DNA of 21,130 nt from Octopus sinensis (Eukaryota), in the NCBI RefSeq assembly GCF_006345805.1, contig NW_021823775.1, forward strand, positions 1-21,130, written 5' to 3'. The translations under genes were made by a program, and so were the position numbers. Shown here piece after piece: positions 1-10,324 of the stretch (position 1 is its first letter; the number at the start of each line of letters is the position of its first letter). Under the pieces are notes generated by a model, which ran no database searches, was not told the origin of the DNA, and saw only the letters and a program-made list of their open reading frames with translations.

Positions 1-118
1 TAAAATTTTCGTGTGTTTGCAACCTATTGAGTCAAAACTATTGAAAAGGTTGCAAGATGCAATGGAAATTTTAAGACAATAAAAATAAGAAAAAAAGTGG
101 AAATTTTACCGGTGAGTG
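1..118. mobile_element. Possible right end of a Tc1/mariner-like element that continues upstream of the window
   Basis: Reverse complement of 95-118 begins CACTCACCGGTAAAATTTCCAC, resembling Tc1-type termini (CACTCACCGG...). Frame 2 reads KIFVCLQPIESKLLKRLQDAMEILRQ*, weakly like a Tc1 transposase C-terminus. The other end is not visible. Confidence 0.3.
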
Positions 119-506
119 TGTTACATAATAAGGCACAAAAAGAAAATGACTCTCCCCAGACACAACAGAATATTTGTACACATTTAAAATTATAGATGCT
201 TTTCTGTGGAAATTTCCCTTTACTTTTTTATGTGAGGTAGTAATCAGGGCCATTTCTGTGCATACAGAGAAGAGAAACCCCCTACTGCATGTTGTACGTC
301 TGCTTAAACTCCAAGTCATTCAATATCTTTCAGTACTGTTGTGATATTTCTTATCCATGGACAACCTGATTGTGATAAGACCAAACACCCTTTTCTGTCT
401 GTACCATATTTGTAATGTGATTCATTCATTTTTTTTTCCTTTTGTAACGGGGATGGAATGACAACAATTATGTTCTCTTAGTTATATGATCTTATAAAAG
501 TTACGT

Positions 507-890
507 TTATATATTTGTTTTGCAAGATTTTTGATGTGAAATCGTGTGTTGAAACAGATATTGTTGTATTTTGAAATGGTCATTTTGCCAGTTTAGCCAA
601 TAAAAACACACAATAACAACAACAACAACAACAACAACAATGATAATAATAATAAAATAATATAAAAAATGGCTGACTGTTAGTAAGGAGAGACACACAA
701 ATAAGAAAGAAGAAAGCAAAGGACCACTGATGAGGTCACAAGAGTGTGACGAAAGAACTCTGGCTGAAATACGATTAATGTAAAAAATAAATAACGCTGA
801 AGCAAAATAACACCAAATATATAGTGCGTGTGTTTTTATTGGCTAAACTGGCAAAATGACCATTCCTAAATGCAACAATATTTTATAAAA
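507..890. mobile_element. Penelope-like (pLTR-type) fragment with inverted arms and a hammerhead motif
   Basis: 53-bp inverted repeat (559-611 vs 828-880, 3 mismatches) encloses a (CAA)n tract and a CTGATGA...GAAA hammerhead core at 724-763. PLE assignment is inferred from this architecture. Confidence 0.55.
724..763 (+). ncRNA. Minimal type I hammerhead ribozyme motif
   Basis: cca-CTGATGA-g-GTCACA agag TGTGAC-GAAA-g aa c-TC-tgg: core intact, 6-bp stem II, 2-bp stem III, CUC cleavage triplet, 3-bp stem I. Confidence 0.6.
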
Positions 891-1017
891 AGATGAAGAG
901 TAATGTATGATTACGTGGTCTTGAAGTTTACTTCGTAAGCAAGTGGTTCCAGATTAAATTGTGCTTTGTCATACATTAGAGAATGGAAAGAGACAACTGT
1001 AGACAACATATTTCAGG

Positions 1018-1382
1018 ATGTTATCACAGAAGCTTGAGAAGCAGTTGGATGGAACTTACACTCGCCTCCTTATGAGAGCTCAAAATCTCTCGTGGAAGCA
1101 TCATCCAACCAAAGTACAAATATATGGGAAATTACCACCTGTATCATCTCTTGTGAAAGGTAGAAGAGTCCAGTTTGCTGGACATTGTTGTAGAGCTGGA
1201 AACGAGGTAATTTCTACTCTTCTCCTCTGGAGGCCATCTACTCGCAATACCAGAGGGCGCACACTCTCCTACCCTGATGTAATCACAGCAACAGGACCTC
1301 CGTAATGCAACGATGGACCGTAAAGTCTGGTGTAACATAGTAAATTCCATTGTCTCAACCACGGTCGAACAATGATGATGAT
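1018..1382 (+). mobile_element. 5'-truncated RTE-clade LINE, ORF C-terminus plus 3' end
   Basis: ORF KLEKQLDGTYTRLLMRAQNLSWKHHPT...RRVQFAGHCCR...LLLWRP...RGRTLSYPDVI is a typical RTE C-terminal region. It ends in a (GAT)n tail at about 1372-1382. Confidence 0.85.
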
Positions 1383-1430
1383 CAGTCCGCTAGAGTTCAT
1401 CAGTATAATACAAAGTAACCAAACTTGGAA

Positions 1431-1660
1431 ATCTTTTATCTTTTACTTGTTTCAGTCATTAGACTGTGGCCATGCTTGGGCATCACCTTGAAGAATCTTT
1501 AGTTGAATGAACTGACCTCAGTACTTATTTTCTATTGAAGCCTAGTTCTTATTCTATTGATCTCTGTGCCAAACTGCTAAGTCAAAGGGGACATAAACAA
1601 ACCATCACTGGTTGTCAAGCAGTAGTGGGGGACAAGCATGGCCACAAAAGCACACGCACA
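1431..1660 (-). mobile_element. SINE family A, 3' half
   Basis: Reverse complement matches 3590-3780 (ttttacttgtttcagtcat...ggttgtcaagc...gggggacaa). Confidence 0.8.
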
Positions 1661-1670
1661 TTGATATACA

Positions 1671-2577
1671 TAGGGTGCAGTGAATAAACTGTCATCTAAA
1701 TTACAACACAAAGATGAAAATAACACTGATATGTCATTTTAACAGACGTATTTACCAAAATTACATAAGAATATCTTGAAATACTAAGGGGTAAATTCAT
1801 TCAATAAAATCGCCATTGGCTTCAACCACAGCCTACTGACTTCAGAATCTCCTGCAACTCTTCTGGACAATCTCCTTGTTTAAGTTGGTGAATGCTACCT
1901 TCAGTTCATCTTTCATGTTACAATGAGTTTTGGTGGGCTCTCACTCAACTGCATCCCACACTTAATAATCAAGGGGGTAGCAGTCTAGGGAATTAGGTGG
2001 CCAGATGTTAGGGGTGATGTGGTTGTAGAAATAGTCTGACAGCCATGACAGGGTTCTCCTGCTTGTGTGGCATGGTGCAGAGTCCTGTTGTCTTCATAAG
2101 GTCTTCCAGCAGCCACCCAGGGCAGCACTACCTCCAGGCATTTGATGTAGGCCTCTGTCTTGACCCAGGGCAGCATTACCTCCAGGCATTTAATGTAGGC
2201 CTCTGTCTTAGTCTGAGGCCATGTGGGAAGATGAATGGAAGCATAATGTTGTCATCATTAGTGATCACTCCAATCACCATGATGTTGACTGGATGTTTCA
2301 TTTTTATCACTCTCGGTACATGTCCTCAGGTTGAATTGTCCTCAGTTTGATATGCAAACCCTCTGAAATGTTTGTATTGAAGCTTCCAGTGTGAATACCA
2401 AACAGTACAGCATGTCATTTCCAATTTCCTTGCAGAATGGATTGCGTCATGAGGCTGTTTTTCTCACAGACAGTGCCCAACTCACCCTACTATACTGTGT
2501 AGTTGACAAAATAAAAAACAATGTACATGCATGAAATTAGAAGTATAAAATAGCGACAATTTATCAATTGCACTCTG
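1671..2577 (-). mobile_element. Internally deleted Tc1/mariner DD37D (maT) transposon
   Basis: Minus strand encodes QQDSAPCHTSRRTLSWLSDYFYNHITPNIWPPNSLDCYPLDY (37 residues between the two catalytic D) and ...AVVEANGDFIE*. Imperfect ~26-bp TIRs at 1671 (tagggtgcagtgaataaactgtc) and 2577 (rc cagagtgcaattgataaattgtc), with TA on the right flank. Stops and frameshifts are present. Confidence 0.9.
2115..2209. repeat. 48-bp tandem duplication inside the maT transposase
   Basis: acccagggcagcactacctccaggcatttgatgtaggcctctgtcttg at 2115-2162, repeated from 2163 with 2 substitutions. Confidence 0.95.
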
Positions 2578-2589
2578 TACATATATATA

Positions 2590-2932
2590 CATCATCATCA
2601 ACATCATCATCGTCGTTTAACGTCCGTTTTCCATGCTAGCATGGGTTGGACTGTTTGACCGGGATCTGGGAAGCCGGAGGGCTGCACCAGGCTCCAGTCT
2701 GATCTGGCAGTGTTTCTACAGCAGGATGCCCTTCCTAACGCCAACCACTCCGTGAGTGTAGTGGGTGCTTTTTTCGTGCCACTGGCACAGGTGCCAGGCG
2801 AGGCTGGCAACGGCTATGATCGGTTGGTGCTTTTTACATGCCACCGGCATGGAAGCCAGTCAAGGCGGCGCTGGCATCGGCCACATTTGGATGGTGCTAT
2901 TTACGTGCCACCGGCACAAGGATCACAACTAT
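2590..2932 (-). mobile_element. RTE-type 3' UTR/tail repeat
   Basis: (CAT)n tail, tttccatgctagcatgggttgg, ggatgcccttcctaacgccaacc. Same sequence as the 3' UTR of the LINE at 10806-11390. Confidence 0.85.
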
Positions 2933-2943
2933 ACTTATATATG

Positions 2944-3097
2944 GCATGCTTCTTTCTGTTTCCACCTACCAAATCCTCACACAAGGCTTTGGTCAATCCA
3001 AGGCTGTTGTAGAAGATACTACCCGCAAGGTGTCACACTATGGGACTGAACCCAGATCCCCGTGGTTGTGAAGCTAACTTCTTAACACACAGTCACA
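2944..3097 (-). mobile_element. SINE family A, tRNA-like head (5' half)
   Basis: Degenerate reverse complement of 3359-3515 (gggactgaaccc, caaggctttggtc, ctaccaaatc). Confidence 0.75.
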
Positions 3098-3358
3098 ACC
3101 TTCTTAATTATCCCTTAATTAGCTTCTGTTATTGATTTCTATTATTTATGTCTTTGCCATCTGTATTAGTGACTTTCCTTCATTCCTCCATTTTTGCTTT
3201 GGCATCATTTTTGTCTTGTCAAAAAAATCTAATAATCTAATAATTTATCTAAATTTTCTGCATTTTTTTTCTGTATCTTTCAGTTTTTATTTCTTTACAA
3301 GTTTCAGTTGTTTATTTTTGAAAAAATTATTTTATTACTAATTGTATACATTGTATAC

Positions 3359-3780
3359 AGGCGCAGGAGTGGCTGTGTGGTAAGTAGCTTGCTAACCAGC
3401 CACATGGTTCCGGGTTCAGTCCCACTGCGTGGCATCTTGGGCAAGTGTCTTCTGCTATAGCCCCGGGCCGACCAATGCCTTGTGAGTGGATTTGGTAGAC
3501 GGAAACTGAAAAAGAAGCCTGTCGTATATATATATATATATTATATATATATATGTATATGTGTCTGTGTGTGTGTGTCTGTGTTTGTCCCCCTAGCATT
3601 GCTTGACAACAATGCTGGTGTGTTTACGTACCCGTCACTTAGCGGTTCGGCATAAAGAGACCGATAGAATAAGTACTGGGCTTACAAAGAATAAGTCCCG
3701 GGGTCGATTTGCTCGACTAAAGGTGGTGCTCCAGCATGGCCGCAGTCAAATGACTGAAACAAGTAAAAGAGTAAAGAGTA
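3359..3780 (+). mobile_element. Full-length tRNA-derived SINE, family A
   Basis: Head with A-box-like gtggctgtgtgg and B-box-like ggttcagtccc, cttgggcaagt core, central (TA)n/(TG)n linker, 3' body ending gaaacaagtaaaagagtaaagagt. Many copies in this window. Confidence 0.9.
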
Positions 3781-4459
3781 ATATATGTACGGAAAATTAT
3801 ATAGGTCTATAAAAATATATGAGAAATATATAAACATATTAAAAGATATAGTCCTACTTACTAATAACGGTTAGGTTAAAAACAGTGTTAAAAAAAATTA
3901 TAAGATGTCCAGAGTATAGTGTATAAAGTAAATATGGTGTCCAGGGTATAATAAATAATTCATAGTTTAAACGTTGATTTTTTGATGTTTATTCTGGGTA
4001 AATATCAAATGAATTCTCCTATGGCCATTTCTGGGTGAACAGTAATCCTTGTGAATAACAGATGTTCATATCCAAAATTTTAGATAACTGCCTCCATTAT
4101 CAGGAAGTGTTAGAAGAGGTCACATCTTGCTTACTATATATATTAAATATATATTAAATGTATGTTAGTAGATTGTCTTGACCTGATTTTACCTTCGTTT
4201 GATTTCTGTAGTTTTCATCAGTGTATTTTTGGCGATTTAATAAGAGTTTTGACTGTTATTTCAAGCAGGTAGACATACTTAGTATGTTCTTTGATTAATT
4301 TTAATCCCTCTCGGCTATTTAATGCTATTTTTGGCCTGCTGTCGCCTGTGTCATTGATTCTGTTATTATCATTTTTAAAATAGCTACATTGGATAATAAT
4401 AGAATTAATGACACCTTCGCAAATTAATTATATATATATATATATATATACACATATAA

Positions 4460-4625
4460 GTGCAGGCATGACTGTGCGGTAATAAGTTTGCTTTCCAGCC
4501 ACATGGTTCCAGGCTCAGCTCCACTACATGGTACACTTTGGGCAAGTATCTTCTGCAACACATTTGGGCTAACCAAAGCATTCTGAGAGGATTTCATAGT
4601 TGGAAATTAAAAGAAACCTGTTGTG
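4460..4625 (+). mobile_element. Degenerate SINE family A head
   Basis: gcaggcatgactgtgcggtaa...ccacatggttcc...ttgggcaagtatcttct aligns with 3361-3520. Confidence 0.7.
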
Positions 4626-5251
4626 TATACAACAAGAAGTTGGAAAATCTTTTTGGTATTATTTATTCACTATTAAGCCTGTTTCATTTGCTTATATGTA
4701 TCACATGTTGGATAAACATATAAGAAATTTCCTATTAGAAATTCTTCAAATAGAAAATCAAATAATTTGTAATGCATAAAAGCATTTTTGTGTGTCTGTG
4801 ATATAAAACCGAGTGCTTTTATGAACCATGAGTCTTTATGAGAGATCATCCTCTCATGGTAAACAATGCAGTATTCTGTATTCTAAGACAACCTCCACAT
4901 TAGTTGGAGATCAAGACTACTTTTGGTATTAACACTGCTTCTGTCACTATTATGTGTGTGTGTGTGTGTGTGTGTGTGGAAACCAGTGTTGCTACTGTTT
5001 TTAATCACAGGAGGAGCCTCCTCCTGCTACTCTCTTTATTACGATTATAACAATCAAACATAGAAGGGACAATACAGGACACTACAAACATTTAAAAGGG
5101 TTATTTAGCGAGTTTTTTTTAATGAAAATATATAAAAAATGACTTATATAGTATTTTTTTTAAATTTTGATATTCCTTCTTTTTACCTTTTTTAAGTTCC
5201 AACTTTTTTTAAGTTCCAATGGCTACACCTTTTCTTTTTACCATGGATGAG

Positions 5252-5950
5252 TTAAGTAGGGACACTCACTCCCAACTTCCTTACCACATCCTTCCATCTT
5301 TCCTCATACGCTCTTTTCGACAGGTGTCTTCTCTCCAGCCCTATCTTGCTTTTCAGGTGGTACCTGAAGTAATATAGCATTCCAGGTCCAGAGACGAAGG
5401 TCCTTGACGTCAAACCTTGCATTCTAGTTCTCCATGCACACTCTTTCATAATTGTGACTGTACATAGAAAACAAGCCTCACCTACCTTAGATAGTCCGGT
5501 GGGCGGTACATTCTTAATCACAAACTCAGTCGATTGCTGTACTCTTCCTAAATGTGACAATATGTGTTCTACGTAAATTGTCATCTCTGAAAGCTAGGTG
5601 CACTGTAACAGAGTGTGCAGGATAGTTTCCTTATCCTGCCTGCATCTTGGACATTTGGGTGGCACTGAAAGCCCGTGCCTGGACAATTTCTCATAAACAG
5701 GCTATTGATACAAGCTGCACTGGATGTATGTTGCAAGCAGGAGAAAAGCAGTGGAAGGGGATCGCTCCCTAGCTTATAATATATTGGGTGCAGATTGCAT
5801 CGATAACCGGGTGGAGAAGGCATCCTTCTGAGGTTAAAAGTGGCTATCTTGGTTCTCAAGGAACAATCATGTTGAAGTGGCATAAACATCACTTCTCAAT
5901 ATAGTTACTATGATCATCTCTTATATACAGGCTTGTCCTCTGCAATCCTT
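5252..5950 (-). mobile_element. Decayed Tx1/L1-clade non-LTR retrotransposon, ORF2 C-terminal fragment
   Basis: Minus frame reads EKLSRHGLSVPPKCPRCRQDKETILHTLLQC (CCHC zinc knuckle), an in-frame TAG, then ECAWRTR...LYYFRYHLKSKIGLERRHLSKRAYEERW, the usual L1/Tx1 ORF2 end. Confidence 0.8.
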
Positions 5951-5954
5951 TCCA

Positions 5955-6174
5955 ATTGAGCATCCCTAATCTTGGGACCTTGTTGGTGCTGGTGCTATGT
6001 AAAAAGGCACTCTGTACACCCTGTAAAGCGGTTGGCATTAGGAAAGGGCATCTAACTGTAGAAACCATTCCAAATCGGATATTTAGAGCTTGGTGCAGCT
6101 CTTTGGTTTGCCAGCTTCTGTCAACCCACCCAACCCAAGCCAGCATGGAAAATGGACATTAAATGATGATGATG
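5955..6174 (+). mobile_element. RTE-type 3' tail repeat (degenerate)
   Basis: ggttggcattaggaaagggcatc...gccagcatggaaaatggacattaaatgatgatgat. Confidence 0.75.
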
Positions 6175-6362
6175 GAGGAGGAGTTGACAGAATTGTTAGC
6201 ATGCCAGGGAAAATGCTTATTGGCAAATTCTGCTATGACCAACTTTGCCTTTCATCCTTTTGAGTGGGATAAAATTAGTACCAGTTGAGTACTAGGGTCG
6301 ATGTAATCGACTAGCCCTCCCCCACTGAACTTGATAGTCTTGTACCAAAATTTGAAATCAAT
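6175..6362 (+). mobile_element. Degenerate SINE family B
   Basis: gagttgacagaattgttagcatgcc...ctttgcctttcatccttt...gtaccagttgagtactagggtcgatgtaatcgact aligns with 9101-9270. Confidence 0.65.
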
Positions 6363-6381
6363 ATGTTGGGAAGATCTTATA

Positions 6382-6490
6382 CTGGTAGTACCACTTATAA
6401 ACTACAATTCTGGTAGTACCATTTATAAACTACAATACTGGTAGTACCATTTATAAACTACAATACTGGTAGTACTATATATAAACTACA
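6382..6490. repeat. 28-bp minisatellite, 4 units
   Basis: ctggtagtaccatttataaactacaat(a/t), unit starts at 6382, 6410, 6438 and 6466. Confidence 0.97.
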
Positions 6491-6502
6491 CATCTACTTT
6501 AA

Positions 6503-6718
6503 CCCTTCTGCTACTGTGTTTCTATCAAAAATACACTACGTTTGGTTCAATTTATTTTGAAAAATAATGAATTTAGTAGAACTGGCTGACTGAAACTGGT
6601 GTTGGCAACATAAATTAGCCTAAAACTTGAACTGAAGGTTTATAATTGTAGATAATTGTAAGAAAGGAAGTTAGTATCAGAGCAACGACAGTCTCACTTA
6701 GATTCGTATCAAAACCCG
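6503..6718. mobile_element. Degenerate piggyBac-type MITE
   Basis: TTAA on both sides (6499-6502, 6719-6722), CCC start, and body homologous to the reverse complement of 16350-16571. Confidence 0.7.
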
Positions 6719-7109
6719 TTAAAGAGAATATTTATTTAAATGCTTCCTCCATTAAACAAAACATCTAGAAAGCTGTCATAATATGCATATCGTGGTTCTA
6801 TGAAAGCCAATGAATGAAGTATGAGAAGTTGAAGGATTAAAGAAACCCGTCTTGATTAATGAATTAATCCCTTCCATTGACAACAGACATGAAATGAGCT
6901 GTACTGCTTGGTTAATTCAGCTCTGGCAGTCTGCACTGACTGCAACCTTCCATCACTGTCTGTGAATGTGAGAATTTGATTTATGACTGTTTCCTTATCT
7001 TACTCCATGCAAGAAGAAGCCAGCTCAACTACCACTGCATTTTTAGAGTTTATTTTTCTAAATCCCAAATATTGAAATACAGTTCAGAGGCAAGCTGGAT
7101 TGGGAGATG

Positions 7110-7285
7110 CGAGTATAGTTGGAGTGGTTAAGAAGTGTGCTTTTCAACTATGTGGTTTCATGTGGTGTTCCACTGTGTGGTTCCTTGTGCAAGTGTCTTC
7201 TGCTATTATAGGAACCTTGGCCAACCAAAACTTCATGAGTAGATTTGTTGACTGAAATTGAAAGAAGTCCACCTTATGTGTGTAT
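7110..7285 (+). mobile_element. Degenerate SINE family A head
   Basis: gagtggttaagaagtgtgc...ttccactgtgtggttccttgtgcaagtgtcttctgctat...gaaattgaaagaagtcc. Confidence 0.6.
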
Positions 7286-7298
7286 ATAATATATATAA

Positions 7299-7558
7299 AA
7301 TCAAAATAAGCAGCAAGGATACCCAAGGTATCATGATGAAATTAACCTCTCTGTCTATATATCTACCCTCTTTGTAATGTTGGCAAATAAAATAAGTATA
7401 AAAATGTGCATTGTCCATTTAATTAAAAGATTCTATATGTGGCTGAAGATTGCTCGACATTTTAGAACTGATGTAATACTTACAGTGTTTGATAAAATGA
7501 ATTAGCATGAAACAATTGTACTACTCTACCTTGGATATCCTTGTTGCTTATTTTGATT
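7299..7558. repeat. 32-bp inverted repeat enclosing 196 bp
   Basis: aatcaaaataagcagcaaggatacccaaggta (7299-7330) vs reverse complement of 7527-7558, 30/32 identical. Confidence 0.85.
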
Positions 7559-7965
7559 ATAATCACCCCATTTGATTTATATGGATAATACCATACAAAA
7601 TTTAACTTAAGTACGATATTCATCTGAATCTAAATTTAGCTGAACTTATATATATATTGTTGTGTTTTAAGTAGACATGACTCCTAGAACAATTTCACAT
7701 TAAAAATTAGTAAGAACACAATACCCGTGTCATTTTAAAGTCTACCTTTTTCTTTATTAAGTACTTATTTTTTGCTATTGTGATACTGATGACTACTCTT
7801 TGACAACTCGAATTCTGGAAATGAATTTATTGTCTTTCTGTATGAAATATTCATCTTTCAAATTGAATACATATTTTATCCTATATTAACATCTAATCTC
7901 CTCCATTTATGAAAATCATGATTGAATTTGTCCAACTTCTATATATATTATATATATATATATAT

Positions 7966-8390
7966 CACCATCAACATCAAAAAGTGCTTGAGGAGACCTA
8001 TTGAGTCAAGTACATTACCATCAACATCAAAAATCAAATGGAAATTGTAGTTGTGATACCTGTGCTGGTGGCACGTAAAATGCACCATCCATACATGGCC
8101 GATGCCTGCGCAGCCTTGACTGGCTTCTGTGCTGGTGGCACATAAAAAGCACCAACCGATCGTGGCCATTGCCAGCCTCCCCTGGCACCTGTACTGGTGG
8201 CATGTAAAATGCACCCACTACACTCACGGAGTGGTTGGCGTTAGGGAGGGCATCCCGCTGTAGAAACACTGCCAGATCAGACTGGAACCTGGTGCAGCCT
8301 CCTGGCTTCCCAGACCCTGGTCGAACCATCCAACCCGTGTTAGCATGGAAAACGGATGTTAAACGATGAGGATGATGATGATGATGATGA
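7966..8390 (+). mobile_element. RTE-type 3' UTR/tail repeat
   Basis: ggtggcacgtaaaa subrepeats, ggagtggttggcgttagggagggcatcc, ending gttaaacgatgag(gat)n. Inverse of 2590-2932. Confidence 0.85.
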
Positions 8391-8408
8391 TATATATATT
8401 AAATATAT

Positions 8409-8782
8409 CACATGGTTCTGGGTTCAGTCTCACTTTGTAGCACCTTAGGCAAGTGTCTTCTACTATAGCCTCAAGCCAACCAATGCCTTGTGAGTGAATT
8501 TGGTTGAGGAAACTGAAAGAAGCCTGTTATATAAATATATATATATGTATTATATTTACTTATGTGTGTATGTCTTTGAGTCTGTTTGTCACCCTGTCAC
8601 TGCTTGACAATTGGTCTTTGTGTGTTGACATCCCTGTAACTTAGCAGTTTGGCCAAAGAGACTGATAAAATAATTATTAAGCTTAAAGCAAATAAGCCCT
8701 GGGGTCAATTTGTTTGACTAAAACCCTTCAAGGCAGTGCTCCAGTTTGGCCACAGTCAAATGCCTGAAACAAGTAAAAGAAC
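8409..8782 (+). mobile_element. SINE family A (5' truncated)
   Basis: cacatggttctgggttcagtc...ccttaggcaagtgtcttct...gaaacaagtaaaaga. Confidence 0.85.
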
Positions 8783-8869
8783 AATATATGTGTGTGTGTG
8801 TCTGTCTGTCTCTGTGCATGTGTGCACACGTCTGTATGTATGTATGTGTGTTTGTGTGCATGCATGTCT

Positions 8870-9097
8870 GTGTCATGACATCATGTGATAGTTGTAAAAA
8901 AGCAGTCTCATTCATTACAACTCTCTCAAGAAAAAACAGAAAATATCTGGCTGTGGAGAATTTAAACTTTGGAAACAGGTGAGGGTTGGCAACAGTAAAG
9001 GTATCCACGAGTAGAAAATTTGCCTCAATGAATCCTGTCTGATCCATTCGGGCATATAAATATGTATGTTAAAAATGATTATGATAATGATGATGAT
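8870..9097 (+). mobile_element. Second RTE-like 3' tail repeat
   Basis: ggaaacaggtgagggttggcaacagtaaaggtatcc...gtagaaaatttgcc, ending in (GAT)n. Shares the ggttggc...ggcatcc motif with the other RTE tails. Confidence 0.6.
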
Positions 9098-9100
9098 AAA

Positions 9101-9335
9101 AGTGGCAAGCTGGCAGAACCGTTAGCACGCTGGGTGAAATGCTTTGTGGTATTTTGTCTGCCGCTACGTTCTGAGTTCAAATTCTGCCGAGGTCGACTTT
9201 GCCTTTTATCCTTTCGGGGTCGATTAAATAAGTACCAGTTACGCACTAGGGTCGATATAATCGACTTAATCCGTTTGTCTGTCCTTGTTTGTCTCCTCTG
9301 TGTTTATCCCCTTGTGGGTAGTAAAGAAATAAATA
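9101..9335 (+). mobile_element. tRNA-derived SINE family B
   Basis: tggcaagctggcagaa head, B-box gagttcaaattc, gtcgactttgcc..., A-rich end. Inverse of 16997-17228. Confidence 0.9.
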
Positions 9336-10177
9336 AGAATGATGACGAAGGCAGAAATAAATGCCGTGGCCTTAGCTCTCCTGTTAGGCTGATTTAGTAA
9401 AAACCAGTGTATGCAATGTTAGTAATAAACAGATGCTTTGCTATTTTGACATGTGCAGACAGATTAACTCATCTTTTGTTTTCTTGATTAGGGGTTTTTA
9501 ATTCCGAAATATCGAATTACAAATTAAAACCCTCAACCATTATTCTTGTTTTGCTTCTGATTAAAAACTCTTTTATTTTCAAACTTGCTTTGTTGTAGCT
9601 TTCTTATTCATCGCTCCTCTACTTCACGACACCCTCATATTAACTATATTATATTCTTTTATGAATATTTCCTGCATACATTTCTAACTTTTATCTTTAA
9701 TAACCACCTATGCACATGCTGTTCATGCTCCTCTTTTATTTAGTATTGTGTCATTCTGATGTTGTTTGTGCAGTTTGATAAATACACTTTGCACTGTTAC
9801 AATACACATAGATTTATCTCAACAAATATTGCACACACATTATATAAATATATCAACATATTGCTTTATATGCTTCCAGTGTAAACTGATACTATTTGAA
9901 CAGCTGTTTAATGCCTTTATTCATTATGCCACGATCGAAGAAGGGTGTATGTTTGCATATGTATATATATATATGTGTGTATGTGTACATAAGTATATGT
10001 GTGTATGCATAAACATGAATTCATATATGTATGTGTGCATGAATGAAGATGTGTCTGCATGTATGAATATATGTATATATTTGTGAATGGGTGTATGAAG
10101 TGTATAGGTACGTATGTGTTTGACTTTATGCATTTTTGTGAATGTATATATTTTGTATTTGTGTAAAAAAAAACATG

Positions 10178-10267
10178 AATATGTGGCAATGTTTTTAAGA
10201 AGTTTGCTTCCGAATCACCTTGTTCTAAGTTCGGGCCCAATATGTGGCACCTTGGGCAAATGTCTTC

Positions 10268-10324
<57 letters not shown>

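Larger units (their letters stand above)
6278..6928 (+). repeat. Direct duplication, copy 1 (651 bp)
   Basis: gtaccagttgag...cagctctggca is repeated at 13954-14711. Confidence 0.97.

Noticed and set aside
2607-3071. Overlapping GC-rich ORFs (also 7948-8329 and 10823-11375)
   Set aside because: They are read-through of the GC-rich RTE 3' UTR subrepeats, with no protein-family motifs.
3359-3435. tRNA gene (also 9101-9190 and 17150-17228)
   Set aside because: A- and B-box-like motifs are present, but there is no cloverleaf and each continues into a SINE body.
5008-5026. Perfect 19-bp palindrome caggaggag-c-ctcctcctg
   Set aside because: It is short, low complexity and single copy, with no context suggesting function.
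6900-7012. Open minus-strand stretch DKETVINQILTFTDSDGRLQSVQTARAELTKQ
   Set aside because: Splice sites are weak, part of it lies inside the duplicated block, and I recognise no homology.
7484-7623. Open 46-codon minus-strand segment with AG and GTAAGT boundaries, phase-compatible with the 4383-4279 candidate
   Set aside because: It overlaps one arm of the 32-bp inverted repeat and is more simply part of a repeat element. The peptide is unrecognisable.
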